Notes: generated by a model from the letters alone, not told the origin. Counted from the first letter of the stretch, positions 12,071 through 27,073 are shown. The stretch: DNA of 64,000 bases from Octopus vulgaris (GCA_951406725.2 OX597837.1:18910001-18974000); one strand, 5' to 3'. Numbers and translations are program-made.

Positions 12071-12407
12071 GAAGAAATGAAACTCATCAATAAAACATTT
12101 TAACAGAAAATGATGGATAAGTATAGTGATTTACTGAATGTTATTAACAATGGAAAAATACACTCATCTATTTATACACACACACACACATATATATCAT
12201 CATCATCATCATCATCATTTAGCGTCCGTTCTCCATGCTAGCATGGGTTGGACGGTTCAACTGGGGTCTGTGAAGCTGGAAGGCTTCATCAGGCCCAGTC
12301 AGATCTGGCAGTGTTTCTACGGCTGGATGCCCTTCCTAACGCCAACCACTCCGTGAGTGTAGTGGGTGCTTTTTACGTGCCACCTGCACATATATATATA
12401 TATATAT

Positions 12408-12814
12408 ACTCTTTACTCTCATTTACTTGTTTCAGTCATTTGACTGCGGCCATGCTGGAGCACTGCTTTTAGTCGAGAGCAAGTTGAGCCCCAGCACTTA
12501 TTCTTTGTAAGCCCAGTACTTATTCTATCAGTCTCTTTTGCCGAACCGCTAAGTGACGGTGACATAAACACACCAGCATCGGTTGTCAAGCAATGCTAGG
12601 GGGACAAACACAGACACACAAACATGCACACACACATATATATATACATATATACGACGGGCTTCTTTCAGTTTCCGTCTACCAAATCTACTCACAAGGC
12701 TTTGGTCGGCCCGAGGCAATAGTAGAAGACACTTGCCCAAGATGCCATGCAGTGGGACTGAACCCAGAACCATGTGGTTGGTAAGCAAGCTACTTACCAC
12801 ACAGCCACTCCTGC
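12408..12814 (-). mobile_element. tRNA/CORE-type SINE, family B. Other copies at about 12843-13232, 16315-16765, 17335-17758, 19955-20222, 20783-21180, 34083-35066, 35243-35625, 43550-44168, 54292-54680 (all -) and 24985-25340, 26665-27350, 38348-38715, 42604-42978, 53445-53648 (+)
   Basis: Head GGAGTGGCTGTGTGGTAAG...GGTTCAGTCCC (A/B-box-like), then a CORE-like CTTGGGCAAGTGTCTT block, an internal (TA)/(TG) microsatellite, and the tail CAGTCAAATGACTGAAACAAGTAAA. More than 15 copies are in the window. Confidence 0.9.
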
Positions 12815-14469
12815 GATATATATATATATATATATATATATATCTTTTATCTTTTGTTTCAGTCATCAGACTGTGACCATGCTGGGGCACCAACTTGAAG
12901 AATTTTTAATCAAATCAATCTACCCCAGAACTTTTTTAAGACTTGTACTTATTCTATTAAACTCTTTTGCCGAACCATTAAGCTATGGGGATGTAAACAC
13001 ACCAACACTAGTTGTCAGGTGGTGGTGGTGGGGTCAAACACAGGCACAAAGACACACACACACACACACAAACACATGATGGGCTTCTTTTAGTTTCCTT
13101 CTAATATATTCACTCATGAGGCTTAGCTGGCTAAAGGCTATAGTAGAATACACTTGCCCAAGGTGCCACACAGTGGGACTGAACCCAGACTCATGTGGTT
13201 GTGAAGCAAGCTTCTTACCACACATCCACACCTGCTTGCATGGGTTGGACGTATGACTGAGGGCTGGTGAACCAGATGGCTGCACCGTATATACACACAC
13301 ACACACACACCTGTTGTGTGTTACTGCTACAATAGCTTCATATTTCCACATCATTAACTGTGGCTATTATTTTTATTGGATTATTATCTAATAGACTGTA
13401 ACTGTTCTCCTATTCTAATGCGCACACACACACACACACACACACGGGTACACACTTGGATGCACATGTACACTTGAGTGTATAAATGACATTAAATGAT
13501 GAGAAAGAGCATTCAACACATAACAGCAGAATTTATTTGTTTATTCAAAGCTAAAGCTTCATTATTGCTCTGGAAAGCATGAAACCTTTGCTATCTAATC
13601 ATCATCAACATCTTCATCATTTTCCTGTCCTTTTCCATGTTTGTGTGGGTCGGATGTATTCAAAAAGAGTCTCACATCCTGCCACTCTCCATTGTCACCT
13701 GGCACACACGAGGACAGTAATAATAGAAGTGTTGTTTTTGTTTTTGTTTCCATGGTTTTTACAGCTGTATGTTCTTCAAATCACCATCTATTGATTGGGG
13801 TATATGTAATTACATAGGGGCGACACAAAACAGATTGTCTACAACTTGTATACGGTGTCCCCTTATATCCTGTATTAATTTCTGTTTCGGATTACTGCTC
13901 TCCCAGACTGGTCACCTCTAATGTGACTTACAGATTCAACATCTCTTACATTTTACTCCTCAAATACATGGTTCCAAGTTCAGTCCCACCACATGGTACC
14001 TTGGGCAAGTATCTTCTACTATGGCTCCAGGCTGTTCAAAACCTTGTAAGTGGATTTGGTAAGCAGAAACTGTAAGAAGAAGCTTGTCATATATATATAT
14101 AAACATATATATGGTTTACCTGTCTGAAACTTTGAAGTCACTATCAACAAAATTCTTGTATAAGAATAATAAATTTGTACTCTGAAAAAGTATAGAGTAA
14201 CCCAGCAGATTGATGGTTTAAAATTGTTTTTATTATAACTGAACATCAACAGGAACATGTGCAGTTGTTGAGTGGTACCCACGCAAGCGGAAACGACCAC
14301 TTGGAAGGCCTCCATGATGGTGGATTTATGATTTCAGGAGGGCGATTGGGATCACGTGGATGAGAAAGGTGCAATCCAGAGAGAAGTGGACAGCGTGCTG
14401 GGATCAGCGGTGTCAAATGGACGCCCGACTGACTGCTCAGTCAAGGTGATATAACTATATATATATATT

Positions 14470-15282
14470 GGAATTTCCAGTTGTCCTCTATGTCTGAATT
14501 TGTAGCTCCTCCTCTCTCTCATCGAATTTCTCAGTCAGGAGGTCCCTAAATATCTGACTTTGTGAGGGGTTCTTTAGCTTCCAAATCCTTCTCTTCTGGA
14601 TTAGTTTACTTCTTGGCATCCTTCTGACCTCGAGTCTAAAGTCACTAATAACTAGTCTATGCTGGGGGGGGGGGTACATTCTTCACCAGAGCGGGCCTTT
14701 GTATTTAAGAGTAACCATGCATCCTGCTGTCTGGTGAGGATAAAATCAATCTGGCTAGCAGAGTCACCTGATTTATAGGTTATCAGGAGGCTGTTTGGCT
14801 TCCTGAAGTTAGTGCTGCAGATTAATAGGTTGCATGCATCACAGAATTCCAGTAGCCTAGTTCCTTCTTTGTTTCGAGAACCAATTTCATGGCCCTCATG
14901 AACACCATGGAAGATACTAGATTGCCATCCAAAATGCCTATTAAAATCTCCAGCCACAAAGATGAGGTCATTGTCACTTGTCTTTGAGGTAGCCTGCAGA
15001 AGGGTATCATAAAAGTGGTCCTTCTGATCGTTTGGTAGGTCTGCTTGTTGGGTGTGGGTAGAGATAATTGTAGCTATATTATTCTGCAGGACTAGCCTAA
15101 GCTTAAGTACTCTATCACATACCCTAACTACCTCTATAACCTTATCTACCAATTTCTCCGCAAGGAGTATACCTACACTCCCTACACCATCACTGTTACC
15201 TTCCCAGAAGATTTTATACCTCTGTGCCTTACCTGTGAGGACCCTGGATGACACTCCTCTCCACCTTACCTCTTGTATGCAG

Positions 15283-15285
<3 letters not shown>
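14470..15285 (-). mobile_element. RTE-clade LINE fragment, apurinic-like endonuclease domain
   Basis: Motifs CCIQEVRWRG, GVGSVGILL, FVAGDFN, NFRK..LITYKSG and SQIDFIL, followed after a frameshift by QHRLVISDF. Confidence 0.88.
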
Positions 15286-15318
<33 letters not shown>

Positions 15319-15601
15319 ATGTTGATAACAAAGAAGAGAATGGAGATTTTATACACATCCCAAAATTTCTTTATTTAAAAATTTTCCACACCATATATAT
15401 CTAACCTACATATATTCCGACTGCAGTGACTGCACATCACTTTGTATGCAATTATGCATTTTAGTTGTTGCAATTTCATCAAATGTTTTCAAAGTGAACT
15501 GATTGTGGATAGATGGCAGTTAAACCAATATGAGAGATAATACCACCAGGATAATTTATTCCTCATATGTATGTATATATATTTATGTATGTATGTATGT
15601 A

Positions 15602-15683
<82 letters not shown>

Positions 15684-16082
15684 GTGCAGCCATCTGGTTC
15701 GCCAGCCCTCAGTCATACGTCCAACCCATGCAAGCATGGAAAGCAGATGTTAAATGATGATGATGATGACATTCTGTGATAATAATAAGAATATGTTAAA
15801 AACAGTTTACAAGAAAGTATTTAAGAAAGTATTTTGAATTTCTTCCTATAATAATATTGTATACGTCTTGAGAGGTTTGCCTTGCCTTAACGTTTACTGT
15901 CCTCTTTAACAATTATATATCCACTGCATCAGAAATCTGCAATAGCTCCATAGCTACTGTCTCGGCCATAACCTTGGAGTCCTAGTAATCCATTACAGCA
16001 CTTACCTAGCATACCTAATCGTTTACATCACCTGGGAACTAAACCCTCATACTTTGTTTCTTTATATATCTATATCTATCAA

Positions 16083-16147
<65 letters not shown>

Positions 16148-16224
16148 ATATATATATATAAAATTAACAGAATGAGATAAAAATCCAAGGCTGTGAAAGT
16201 TTTCAGAACATTTATGAAGAGAAG

Positions 16225-16272
16225 GTCTTACAATTGTTTCCGGGATATTTTATTTATCCCTTCATCAGAGAC
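16225..16272 (-). ncRNA. Type-I hammerhead ribozyme motif
   Basis: Minus strand: GTCT-CTGATGA-A-GGGATA(AATAAAA)TATCCC-G-GAA-ACAATTGT-A-AGAC, with a GUA cleavage triplet. It lies about 65 bp from a (TA)n tract. Confidence 0.7.
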
Positions 16273-16514
16273 GGTGCAAGAAAATGTTTAAGCAATAGTT
16301 ATTATAGAGAAGATATTCTTTTATTCTTTTATTTGTGTCAGTCATTTGACTGTTGCCATGCTGGAGCACCATCTTTAGTCGAATTAATCGACTCCAGGAC
16401 TTATTCTTTGTAAGCTTCATACTTATTCTATTGGACTCTTTTGCCAAAACCACTAAGTTACAGGGATGTAAACACACCAGTATCAAGCGATGGTGGGAGC
16501 ACAAACACAGACAT

Positions 16515-16581
<67 letters not shown>

Positions 16582-16764
16582 CACACATACACACACATAT
16601 ACGACGGGTTTCTTTCAGTTTCCGTCTACCAAATCCACTCATAAGGCTTTGGTCAGCCCAAGGTTATAGTAGAAGACACTTGCCCAAGGTTCTACACAAT
16701 GCGACCGAACCCAGAACCATGTGATTGGTAAGCACGCTACTTACCACACCGCCATTCCTGCACC

Positions 16765-16806
<42 letters not shown>

Positions 16807-19133
16807 ATATGCTTTGTATACATTTAAACATTTATGCAAGTATGTACTTGCCTGTTGTAAGTGCATTAAATGGTTAAAAATTCTCATCGGTGTGTACATT
16901 CATACATGTGCTTATTTTTGTAATATATGTATCTGTATGTATAAATGCAAACACACACACACACACAAATGTAAATGTGTGTGTGTGTGTGTGTTTGAAC
17001 ATGCGTGTAAATTCACTAAGTTTGTATAGTCTATTTAAATCCTGTCAGTTCATTAGTTGTTAACATTAAGGACAAATGTTAATTATTGATCGACTGAAGA
17101 TTGTATGAAAGATTTCATAGAAAAGATAAAGTACCATGAGCTTACACTGTTCATTTGTACCAAATGAACCAACCAGCATCAGCATATTACTAAACAAACA
17201 CCAACACCAACCAATGCCACTTAATATCACCAACACTAACCAATGTCCACACACTTACGGAACTAAACAGGATGCAAACCATGTGGACCGCTGTGAGTAA
17301 TATTTTTTGGCACTGGTACTTTTGGTTTACTTTTCTTTTCTTTTTCTTTTGCTTGTTTCAGTCATTAGATCGTGGCCATACTGGGGCACCATCTTGAAGA
17401 ATTTTTAGTCAAATGTATTGACCCTAGTACTTATTTATTTTTGAAAGCCTGGTATTTATTCTATCTGTCTCTTTTGCTGAACCACTTATTTACAGGGACG
17501 TAAACACACCAACACTGGTCGTCAAGTGGTGACAGTGGGGGAAGATAAACACACACACACACGCACACACACAGACACATGCACGCACACATATACCCCG
17601 TGGGCTTCTTTCACTTTCCGTCTACCAAATCCACTCACAAGGCTTTGGTTGGCCCAAGCCTATAGTAGAAGACACTTGCCCAAGGTGCCACAGAGTGGGA
17701 CTAAACCCAGAACCATGTGGTTGGGAAGCAAGCTTCTTACCACACAGCCACATCTGCATCTATCAATATTTTTCTTTTGTATCAGGGCAGTAAAAGACAT
17801 CGAAGTCAATATTTTTCCTACAAAAATATAGCTTAGTGTCTATGAATATTCAGCATTGGTATGGACCTGGTTCCTTGAAAGTGACCTTGTTAACCATTAT
17901 GCATATTTTGGCACTTGGCTGGGCTTAATTAATGCCAGCATTGGTATGGATCATTGGTTCTCAAACAGATGAATACTAGCAACTCTCTTTCCTCACCCCA
18001 CCCCCCAATATCATTGAAATATTTTGCTCCCTGCTTTCTTTCCTCTCTCTTAACAAGACAAAATGAAGTTTCCATCATAGTAAGCCTTCTTCCGTCTTTG
18101 CCATGGGGTCGAGTAGGTTTAAAAGTTTAAAGCCATTTTGAATTTATTAACCCTCTAGCATTCGGATTATTCTGTCAAATGTAATGCTTATTTAATTACA
18201 TTGTTTTGAATTAATCATGCTTTATCTTGTAGCTTCAAGATTTTAATGATATAATTGTTTATTTTTAGAATAACATTGTAGGATAGGTGTGAGAGGCAAA
18301 ATCTGAACATAAAACAAGTAGAATATTTAGGTTCAAAAGGTGGAAAGCTGGCAGAAACATTAGCACGCTGAGCAAAATGCTTAGCAGTATTTTGTCTGTC
18401 TTTACATCGAGGCCGATGTAAATTCCATCGAGGCCGACTTTGCCTTTCCTCCATTCAGGGTTGATAAATTAAGTACCAGTTGTGTACTAAGGTCGTTCTA
18501 ATCAGCTGTCCCCCTCTCCCAAAATTTCCGGCCTTGTGCCTAGAGTAGAAATGAATATTTAGGTTCAAGATGTCCAGTTCAAATGTAATTTGTCTGCTCC
18601 ATTTTCCATCCTCTCAGCCTTAGTATCTCCTTCTTAAGAAACACTGCAATAATGCATCAATTTCATTAAAAAGATTTTATTCACAGGAGAGCAAGTAAAG
18701 TAATTTGTAGAATGCAATGCTTTCTGCTTCAGAATAAAACATGGTGTTTATTTTTGTATGTTTTTCTCTTTACATTGTTTTATTTTTTTATTTAGATTTG
18801 TTTAATGTGTATTATGTTTTTCTGTTGGGTTTTTGTGGGAAGTTCATGGATCACCCAGTGGTGGCACAGACTCTAACTACACCAACTTATTAGCTTAACA
18901 CTAACCAGAATTGCCCAACACAAGTGAGCACCAAGAATTTCAACCAGCACTGACCAATGTTCAGTCTCTATGAAATCGCTTAATCTGCAAGAAACAGTAT
19001 CTGAAGCTCCCTCGAATGAAACCCCTACCACCTAGAAAAAAATCAACGAACACACTGGATAAGGTAGTCATAAGTATCACTAAAATGTTGGGATGGTCAC
19101 TGCTAGAATGCTTTTGATCTTAGGTCTGTTTAA

Positions 19134-19521
19134 CCCTTTAGCATTCTACTATAGACTCGAGCTAACCAAAGCCTTGTAATTGGATTTGGTAAAAAGAAAC
19201 GGAAAGAAGCCCGTCACATATATGTATATATATATGTATGTGTGTGTATATGTTTGTGTGTTTGTCCCCCCAACATTTGACTAAAGGCGGTGCTCCAGCA
19301 TGGCCGCAGTCAAATGACTGAAACAAGTAAAAGAGTAAAAGAATATATTTGGACCAAATCTACCAGTTTTATGTTGAAACTGGCCAAATCCTGTCTCTTA
19401 CGCCTGCCCTACAATGCCATCCTAAAAGTAAATAATCCCATACAAAATAATGCATGATTAATTCAAAAGAATGTGAGTAAATAAGCATTACATTTAACAG
19501 AATAATTTGAATGCTAAAGGG
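19134..19521. mobile_element. piggyBac-type MITE with a nested SINE fragment; a partial opposite-orientation copy starts at 18151
   Basis: TTAA|CCCTTTAGCATTC ... GAATGCTAAAGGG|TTAA: perfect 13-bp TIRs and a TTAA TSD. Confidence 0.8.
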
Positions 19522-22279
19522 TTAAAATAGGACTGACCTCAACAACTGACCACAACAATAATTCATTATGGAGCCATTACTACTAGAAATGGCATCTGAA
19601 TCTCTCTAGCATTAGACCTTTTCCTTTTAAATATTAATTGATGAGTTATGTTAACAAACTGGATAAATGCTGGTACTCAGTTAGTTATATATCTACTGAT
19701 TTCTGATGTAAATACAGAGCCATACATTTTGCAAGAATGGATAGAACAATCCTTTACATCATTCCCCAATACTTAATAATTTACATGTTCCCTTGTTCCC
19801 AGGAGGATGAAAGGCAAAATCGACCTTGGCTGGTTTCAAACTCAGAACATAAAACTTATCGATCAATATTGAAATGTTAAAGTGTAAGACAGAATAATTA
19901 AACTGAATTATTGTAAGAAATGTTAAAGATCAACTTTTATCTTTTTTTTATTTTTATATCTTTTACTTGTTTCAGTCATTGGACTGTGGCCATGCTGGGG
20001 CACTGTCCTGAAGGGTTTAGTCAAACAAATCAACTGCAGTTGTCAAATGGTGATGGAGAAGAGGACACACACACACACACACACGATGGGTTCTTTTTAG
20101 TTTCTGCCTACTAAAGCCAGTCATAAGGATTTGGTCAGCATAAGCTATAGTAGAAGACATTTATCACTTGCCTAAGGTGACATGCAGTGGGATTGAACTT
20201 AAAACCATAGGGTTGGGAAGCTTATGTTAAGAAAGTTATTAAATATTGACATTCAAGCAGTTATGAATCAGTATTGATTTCTTAATCACAGATTTGTAAG
20301 AGGAAGGAGTAAAAGATTATACTGACCCCAGTATATGACTGGTAATTTATCATGTCAACCCTGGAAAGCTAGAAAGCAAACTCAATGTCAGGTAGATTTG
20401 AAACCAGAGTATAAATATATGTAACAAGATGTCTCAAGGAATGTTGTTCAGTGTTTTGCCAATTCTGCTGATCATCGTCTCCCAATACCAACCATCCAGC
20501 CCTAACTGGTGCCAACCAGTTCTAACACCAGCTATCATTTATGTCAATATAGAAATGGCAGTGAGCTGGCAGAATTGATAGCATGCTGGGCAAAATGCTT
20601 AGCGGTATTTCGTCTGCTGTTACATTCTGAGTTCAAATTCTGCTGAGGTCAACTTTACCTTTTATACTTTCAGAGTAAATTAAATAAGTAGCAGTTACGC
20701 ACTGGGTTCAATGTAATCGACTTAATTCCTTTGTCTGTCTTTGTTTGTCTTCTGTGGGCAATAAAGAAATAAATATAGAAATACTCTTTTACTTGTTTCA
20801 GTCATTTGATAGTGGCCATGCTGGAGCACCACCTTTAGTTGAGCAAATCAACCCCAGGACTTATTCTTTGTAAGCCTAGTACTTATTCTATCGGTCTCTT
20901 TTGCCAAACTGCTAAGTTATGGGGACGTAAACACATTAGCATCAGTTGTCAAGTGATGTTGGGGGAACAAACACATACACACAAACATATACACACACAT
21001 ACATATATATATACATATATACAACGGGTTTCTTTCTGTTTTCGTCTACAAAATCCACTCACAAGGCTTTGGTCAGCCTGATGCTATAGTAGAAGACATT
21101 TGCCCAAGGTGCCACGCAGTGGGACTGAACCCTGAACCATGTGGCTAGTAAGCGAGCTACTTACCACACAGCCACTCCTACATGTTAAAGTATTTAAAAT
21201 AAAATTACTTTGAGAAAAAAATAAAGGTTAATTGACTAGTTTAGTCCAGTCTATGGACTAAAGAGAACAGGAGGCGACACATGGGATGGAGAGTTGCTGA
21301 AGAGGTCACAGGATGTGTGATGAAAGATTTTAGACAAAGGATACTAAAATAAGAACAATAATAAATCTGAAGTGAAGAACAAGTATAGAGTGCATGTGTT
21401 TATTTGGCAAAAAAAGAAAAAAAAGTGACCATCCCCAAATAAAACAACTTCTGTTTCAACATACAGTTTCACATCAGAAATCTTGCATAATAAATACATA
21501 AATAGTTAAACATTGATATTCATATATGTTATATATATGTTGTTGGCTGCGTGGTTAACGAGTCCTATTTCATCTTGGGCAAGTGTCTTCTACTATAGCC
21601 CAACGTTGACAAAATACTTGTGAGTGGATCTAGTAGAAAGAAACTTAAAGAAATCCTCTTGTCTTGATATCAGGGTGATTTTTGTACATGAATGTTGTTC
21701 ATTTCCAATATTCTGCAAAAACATGTCTGGCCATGGGATAATATTACCTTGCTTGGAAAGAGGCAAGGGTTGGTGGCAGGAAGAGCATTCAACTGTAGAA
21801 AATCTGCCCCGATACACTCTGTCCAACTCATGCAAGCATGGAAGAGTGGATATTAAAACAATGATGGTGATATTTCAAGCAGTTATTCAATGTATAAGTG
21901 TTTTTAATTTGCCTTGAAAAAGGGACAAACTAGACAATGGAGTTCAAGATACTCTTACAAAGGTAAAAGGGTCATAGTTGGAATATATTTGATCAGAGCT
22001 CTATTTGATCTGGAGCCAAACATCAACAGAAAGAACCAAAAGACATCAACCAGTACCAATCAGCAGGGAACTGATACAGGGTTACTATACTTACAAGAAA
22101 GAGCAACCACATCACATCATAATGGGGAAGAAACATTGGATAATGTTGTCTTAGATATACCTAGACAAAAAAAAAAAGAAAGAAAAGAAAAGATGGATCT
22201 GCCATGGCAGGAACATCTTTGATCAAAGATTTGCTCAATTAGAACTAATTAGGGATTACACATCAACACCAACAATATT

Positions 22280-22310
<31 letters not shown>

Positions 22311-22379
22311 CCACCATCAATAACAAATATACATCAACCAGCTTCAACCAACACCAGCAACAAAAATTAAACTTCTAGG

Positions 22380-22550
22380 TGGTTGCTCAGTCAGCTAGAA
22401 ATAGCAGTGAAATTTCTCTCAAACTTACCTAATAATATAGAGAGGACAAATTGGATAATAATGCAGTCTTAGCTATTCAGTTTGAGTAAAGCAAGGGATG
22501 GTCATAACTGGAATGCACAACCATTGCTGACCTGGGGTTAAATAACAAGG
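22380..22550 (+). repeat. Old dispersed repeat family ending in CTGACCTGGGG.TAAA(CAA)n. Copies at about 18950-19130, 22080-22270, 24655-24840(-), 26530-26660, 32420-32600, 38740-38920, 40260-40460(-), 40490-40780(-)
   Basis: Recurrent diverged motifs CTAGAAATAGCAG..AAAT.TCCCTCAAA, TTGGATAATG.AGTC.TAG and GATGGTCA...CTGGAATGC. Confidence 0.55.
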
Positions 22551-23060
22551 ACAGCAAACTCCAGCCATCAGTGCTAGCTTAAGGTATGGGCATGTTGGGC
22601 AGTTGCTTGCGCCCCCTCTCCTACCACCATTGGTCTAGGGGGCCAAATACTAATCTGTGTAAGATGTGGTTGTGTATGCATGAGCCCAGGGCCCTACAAT
22701 ACTGTTATGAAGACTCTACCAGCCATTACATTTGCAGTAAGACATCTATAGAAACAAACATATTTGCAACAGTAATGACAACAACAACGATAATAATGAT
22801 TTCAAATTTTTGGCACAAATCCAGCAAGTTTGGGGGAGGGGGTAAGTTGATTGCATTGGCCCCAGTGCACAACTGGTACTCATTTTATCGATTCTGAACA
22901 GACGAAAGGCAAAATCAACCTCAATGGAACTTGAACTCAGAATCTAAAGATGGACGAAGTGCCATTAAGCACTTTACTCGGTGTGCTAATGATTCCACAT
23001 GATCACCACTTAAATAAGCAACAATAATGATTTCTTCAAACAACAACAATAACAAATAAA

Positions 23061-23216
<156 letters not shown>

Positions 23217-25863
23217 CACTTCATTTATTGGAGAGTAGAGTCAAAATAATAATAATAATGGTCACAATGTAACTGATTGAATATCAATATTTAATCAGTT
23301 CGTTAACATAACTAGTCAATTAATCTTTTTACTTACTCAAAGTAATTTCATAAGCACTTTAAGATTTCTATATTGACATGTGTTGGCTGGTACTAGAACT
23401 GGTTGATACTGGTTGGAACTGGTTGGTACTGGTTGGTGTTGGTAAATCAGCATAATCAGAAAAAATACTGGACAACATTCCTTGTGGCATTTAGTTGTGT
23501 TCCTTTATAGTCTGGTTTCAAATCTGTCTGTGGTCAATAGAATACACTATAATCATTGCCTCGTGATTGTATATCAATACTGATATACAACTGATTGAAT
23601 AATCATCATCATCACCATTATTTGACATCCACATTTCCATGTTTGAATGGGTCAGACAGAATTTATTGAGTCAGATTTTCTGTGATTGGATGCCCTTCCT
23701 GTTACCAATCATCACCTGTTTCCAAGCAAGGTAATATTTCCTCATGACCAGACATGTTCTTTAAGAATATTGGACATGAACGACACTGCTTGTAGGACAG
23801 GGACACTCCTCTACATCTGTTATACAATGTCAAGACAAGGACACACATACATGGCAGGCTTCTTTTCATTTCCATCTCCCAAATCCATTCATAGCCTGGG
23901 ACTATAGTAGAAGACACTCACCCAAGGTGCCACACAGTGGCACTGAACCGGGAACCATGTCTTTGGGAAGCAAACCACACAGCCACACCTATATTTAATT
24001 AGTCATTTAATATTTAATTAATTTGGTAGCATAAATTTTAACACTTCTTATCATAATTCTATTTAATATTTTAGGATTTCAATATTGATGAGTTTTACGC
24101 TCTGAGTTGAAAATTTACTCAACAATAAGGTGTGTATGTGTGATGTATGGGGGTATGCATATTTTTGTGTGTTTGATGTACAGGTATGCGTCAATGGAAG
24201 TAATAGTAGTGGTGGTGGTGGTGGCGGTGGTGGTAGCAATAGTAGACATAGTAGCAGTAGTAGTAGTAATAATTCTTTCTACTGGAAGTACAAGGCCTTG
24301 AATTTTGGGGAAGGGATTAAGTCAGTTATATCGACCCCAGTGTGTAACTGGTACTTATTTAATTGACCCCAAGAGGATGAAAAGCAAAGTTGGCCTCAGC
24401 AGAATTTGAACTCAGAATGTTGGGACAGACAAAATACTGCTAAGCATTTCATTCACCCAGTGTGCTAACAATTCTGCCAGCTTGCCACCTTAAGCAATAG
24501 TGGTAATAATAGTAACACCAGCAGCAATAATAATAATAGCAGCAGCAGTAGTAGTAATATTAGTAGCAGCAGTAGTAGTAATAATATCAGCACCAGCAGT
24601 AATAATATTAGTAGCAGCAGCAACAGTAGTAGTGGCAGTAGTAGTAGTAGCAGCAGCTTAGCCCTGCTCAGCCCTTATCAAGCAGCAGACCCATGCTCAA
24701 GACATCTACCTGTACAAGACATCTACCTGCTTATAGACATCTACCTGTACAAAGTTCTGTGTGACCAAGATGATAGGCTGTGATTTGAAGGATATTTGGC
24801 TGTTATTTCTCACAAATCAAATGACTGTGTAGAGGCATTCACATTAGCATGGCTCTCTTTCTATCTCTCACTCTCTCTCCCTCTCTCTCCAAACATACAA
24901 CACTTGTGTGTGTATTTGTGTGTGTGGCTTGTGTGTTCAGTATAGTGAGCATATGTAGCAAAATGTGTCTGTGTGTCTACAGGTACAGGTGTGGCTGTGT
25001 GGTAAGCAGTTTGCTTACCAACCACATGGTTCCAGGTTCAGTCCCCCTGCATGGCACCTTGGGCAAGTGTCTTCTACTATAACTCTGGGCTGACCAAAGC
25101 CTTGTAAGTGGATTTGATAGAGGAAACTGAAACAAGCTCATCATGTGTGTGCGTGTCTTTGTGTTTATTCCCACAGCTTGACAACTGGTGTTGGTTTGTT
25201 TACACCCACATCACTTAGCGGTTCAGTAAGAAAGGGTTAAAACAAAAAAATAAGTACTAGAGTTGATTTGTTTGACTAAACTCTGCAAGGCGATGCTCCA
25301 CCATGGCCACAGTCCAATAGCTGAAACAAGTAAAAGATATGAGAGTGTGTGTGTGTGTGTGTGTGTGTGTGCATGCGTGAGGTGGGTACAGGCATGGCTG
25401 AATGCTTATGAAGTTCATTTGCGAATCATGAAGTCCTGAGTTCAATACTGCATGACAGCATGTTGAGCAAGTGCTTGAGATCACAGCATCAGATCAACCC
25501 AAACCTTCCGAGTGAAATTGGAGACAGTTGAAGCCTATTGGATGGGTGGTTGTATGTGTCACTGATAGGCCCAGGCTTCTTATCACACAATATCACATGT
25601 ATGTTTTATTACATCGAGGGCACAGTTGCCTGTGGAATACTCAGCCATTTACTAGTTCAGTGAGGTAACTGTCCTATTCACCAAACAGAACAACCATCAT
25701 TACAACTGATGGAAGATCTATTTAAAGAAAAACATGGCTGTATAAGTGTATATATGTATGTGGGTATATATATATGTGTGCGTGTGTTTTATACATGGGT
25801 TAGTGTATGTGTATGACAGTGCACACGAGCATGTGTATATGTACACATGTGGGAGTGTATATA

Positions 25864-26073
25864 TAAGGGAGTGCTAAAAAGTTTCTGGTTTGGGGTAAAA
25901 GAAAATACAGTCAATTATGATTTTATTTAACATATTCTCCTCTCAGATCACACATTTATTGCAGCACCAGACCTTCAGTTTTACTAAGATCTGTAAAAGA
26001 ACTCAGTAGGTTGGGCCTCCAATCAGGCCTTTCACAAAACCCTTAAAGCCAGGAACTTTTCAGTATCCCTTCA
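25864..26073. mobile_element. Mariner-type MITE (about 210 bp)
   Basis: Imperfect TIRs AAGGGAGTGCTAAAAAGTTTCTGGTTT and AAAGCCAGGAACTTTTCAGTATCCCTT, flanked by TA. Confidence 0.65.
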
Positions 26074-27073
26074 TATATGTGTGTATGTACATGGGTGCAT
26101 ATATGTGTATGCCTGTGTACATGGATGTGTATATATGTATGTGAGTGTATAGTAGTCTATAATGTATTATGACTTACAACAACAAAGACATGAAAGGCTT
26201 GACAGGATAATTACCAGTAATATAATGGGGTTGATCTTATTGACGATAATTCCACCTCCAGCCTGTGTTGTTACAAAAATAAACCTTGCGTCAAGTTTAA
26301 TGACATCAGTATACAGTAACATCTTGATTGGCACACGAGATATGTTCCTAAAAACCCAGTGTTAAATGATACAGCACTATATGAGGTCATTATTTTAAGA
26401 TAGTGTAAATAGAAGTTCAAGTTGTGATGGTCATGGTAGAGATGTATTTACTCGTAAGTATGGTTGACCAGGGCAGACCTGAAATTAAACATTAACAGTT
26501 TATTGGAAATGAAACCAAGCCAATGAGGGGAGCTCTATGTGGTTTATCAATTTACTAGAAATATCAGCAAAATCTCCCTTAACCTACATCCTGCAGATTA
26601 ATAAAAGGCTGGAGACAAAATAGGACAAAGCTAATATTAAATAATGTAGTCCTAGACATACATAGACATGTGGTAAGAAGTTTGCTTTCCAACCACATTG
26701 TTCTGGGTTCAATCCCATTGCATAGCACTTTGGGTAAGTGTTTTCTACTATAGTTTCATGCCAACCAAAGCTTAATTAGTGGATTTGGTAGGCCGAAACT
26801 GAAAACTGAAGGCAGCGAGCTGGCAGAAACATTAGCATGCTGGGTGAAATGCTTAGCGGTATTTTGTCTGTCTTTATGTTCTGAGTTCAAATTCCACCGA
26901 GGTCGACTTTACCTTTCATCCTTTCGGGGTTGATTAAATAAGTATCAGTTACACACTGAGGTCGATATAATCGACTTAATCCGTTTGTCTGTCCTTGTTT
27001 GTCCCCCCTGTGTTTAGCCCCTTGTGGTTAGTAAAGAAATAAGAAACTGGAAACTGAACTGAAAGAAGACCAT

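Noticed and set aside
12740-12814. tRNA-like A/B boxes
   Set aside because: These are SINE heads with no complete cloverleaf. No true tRNA gene was recognised in the window.
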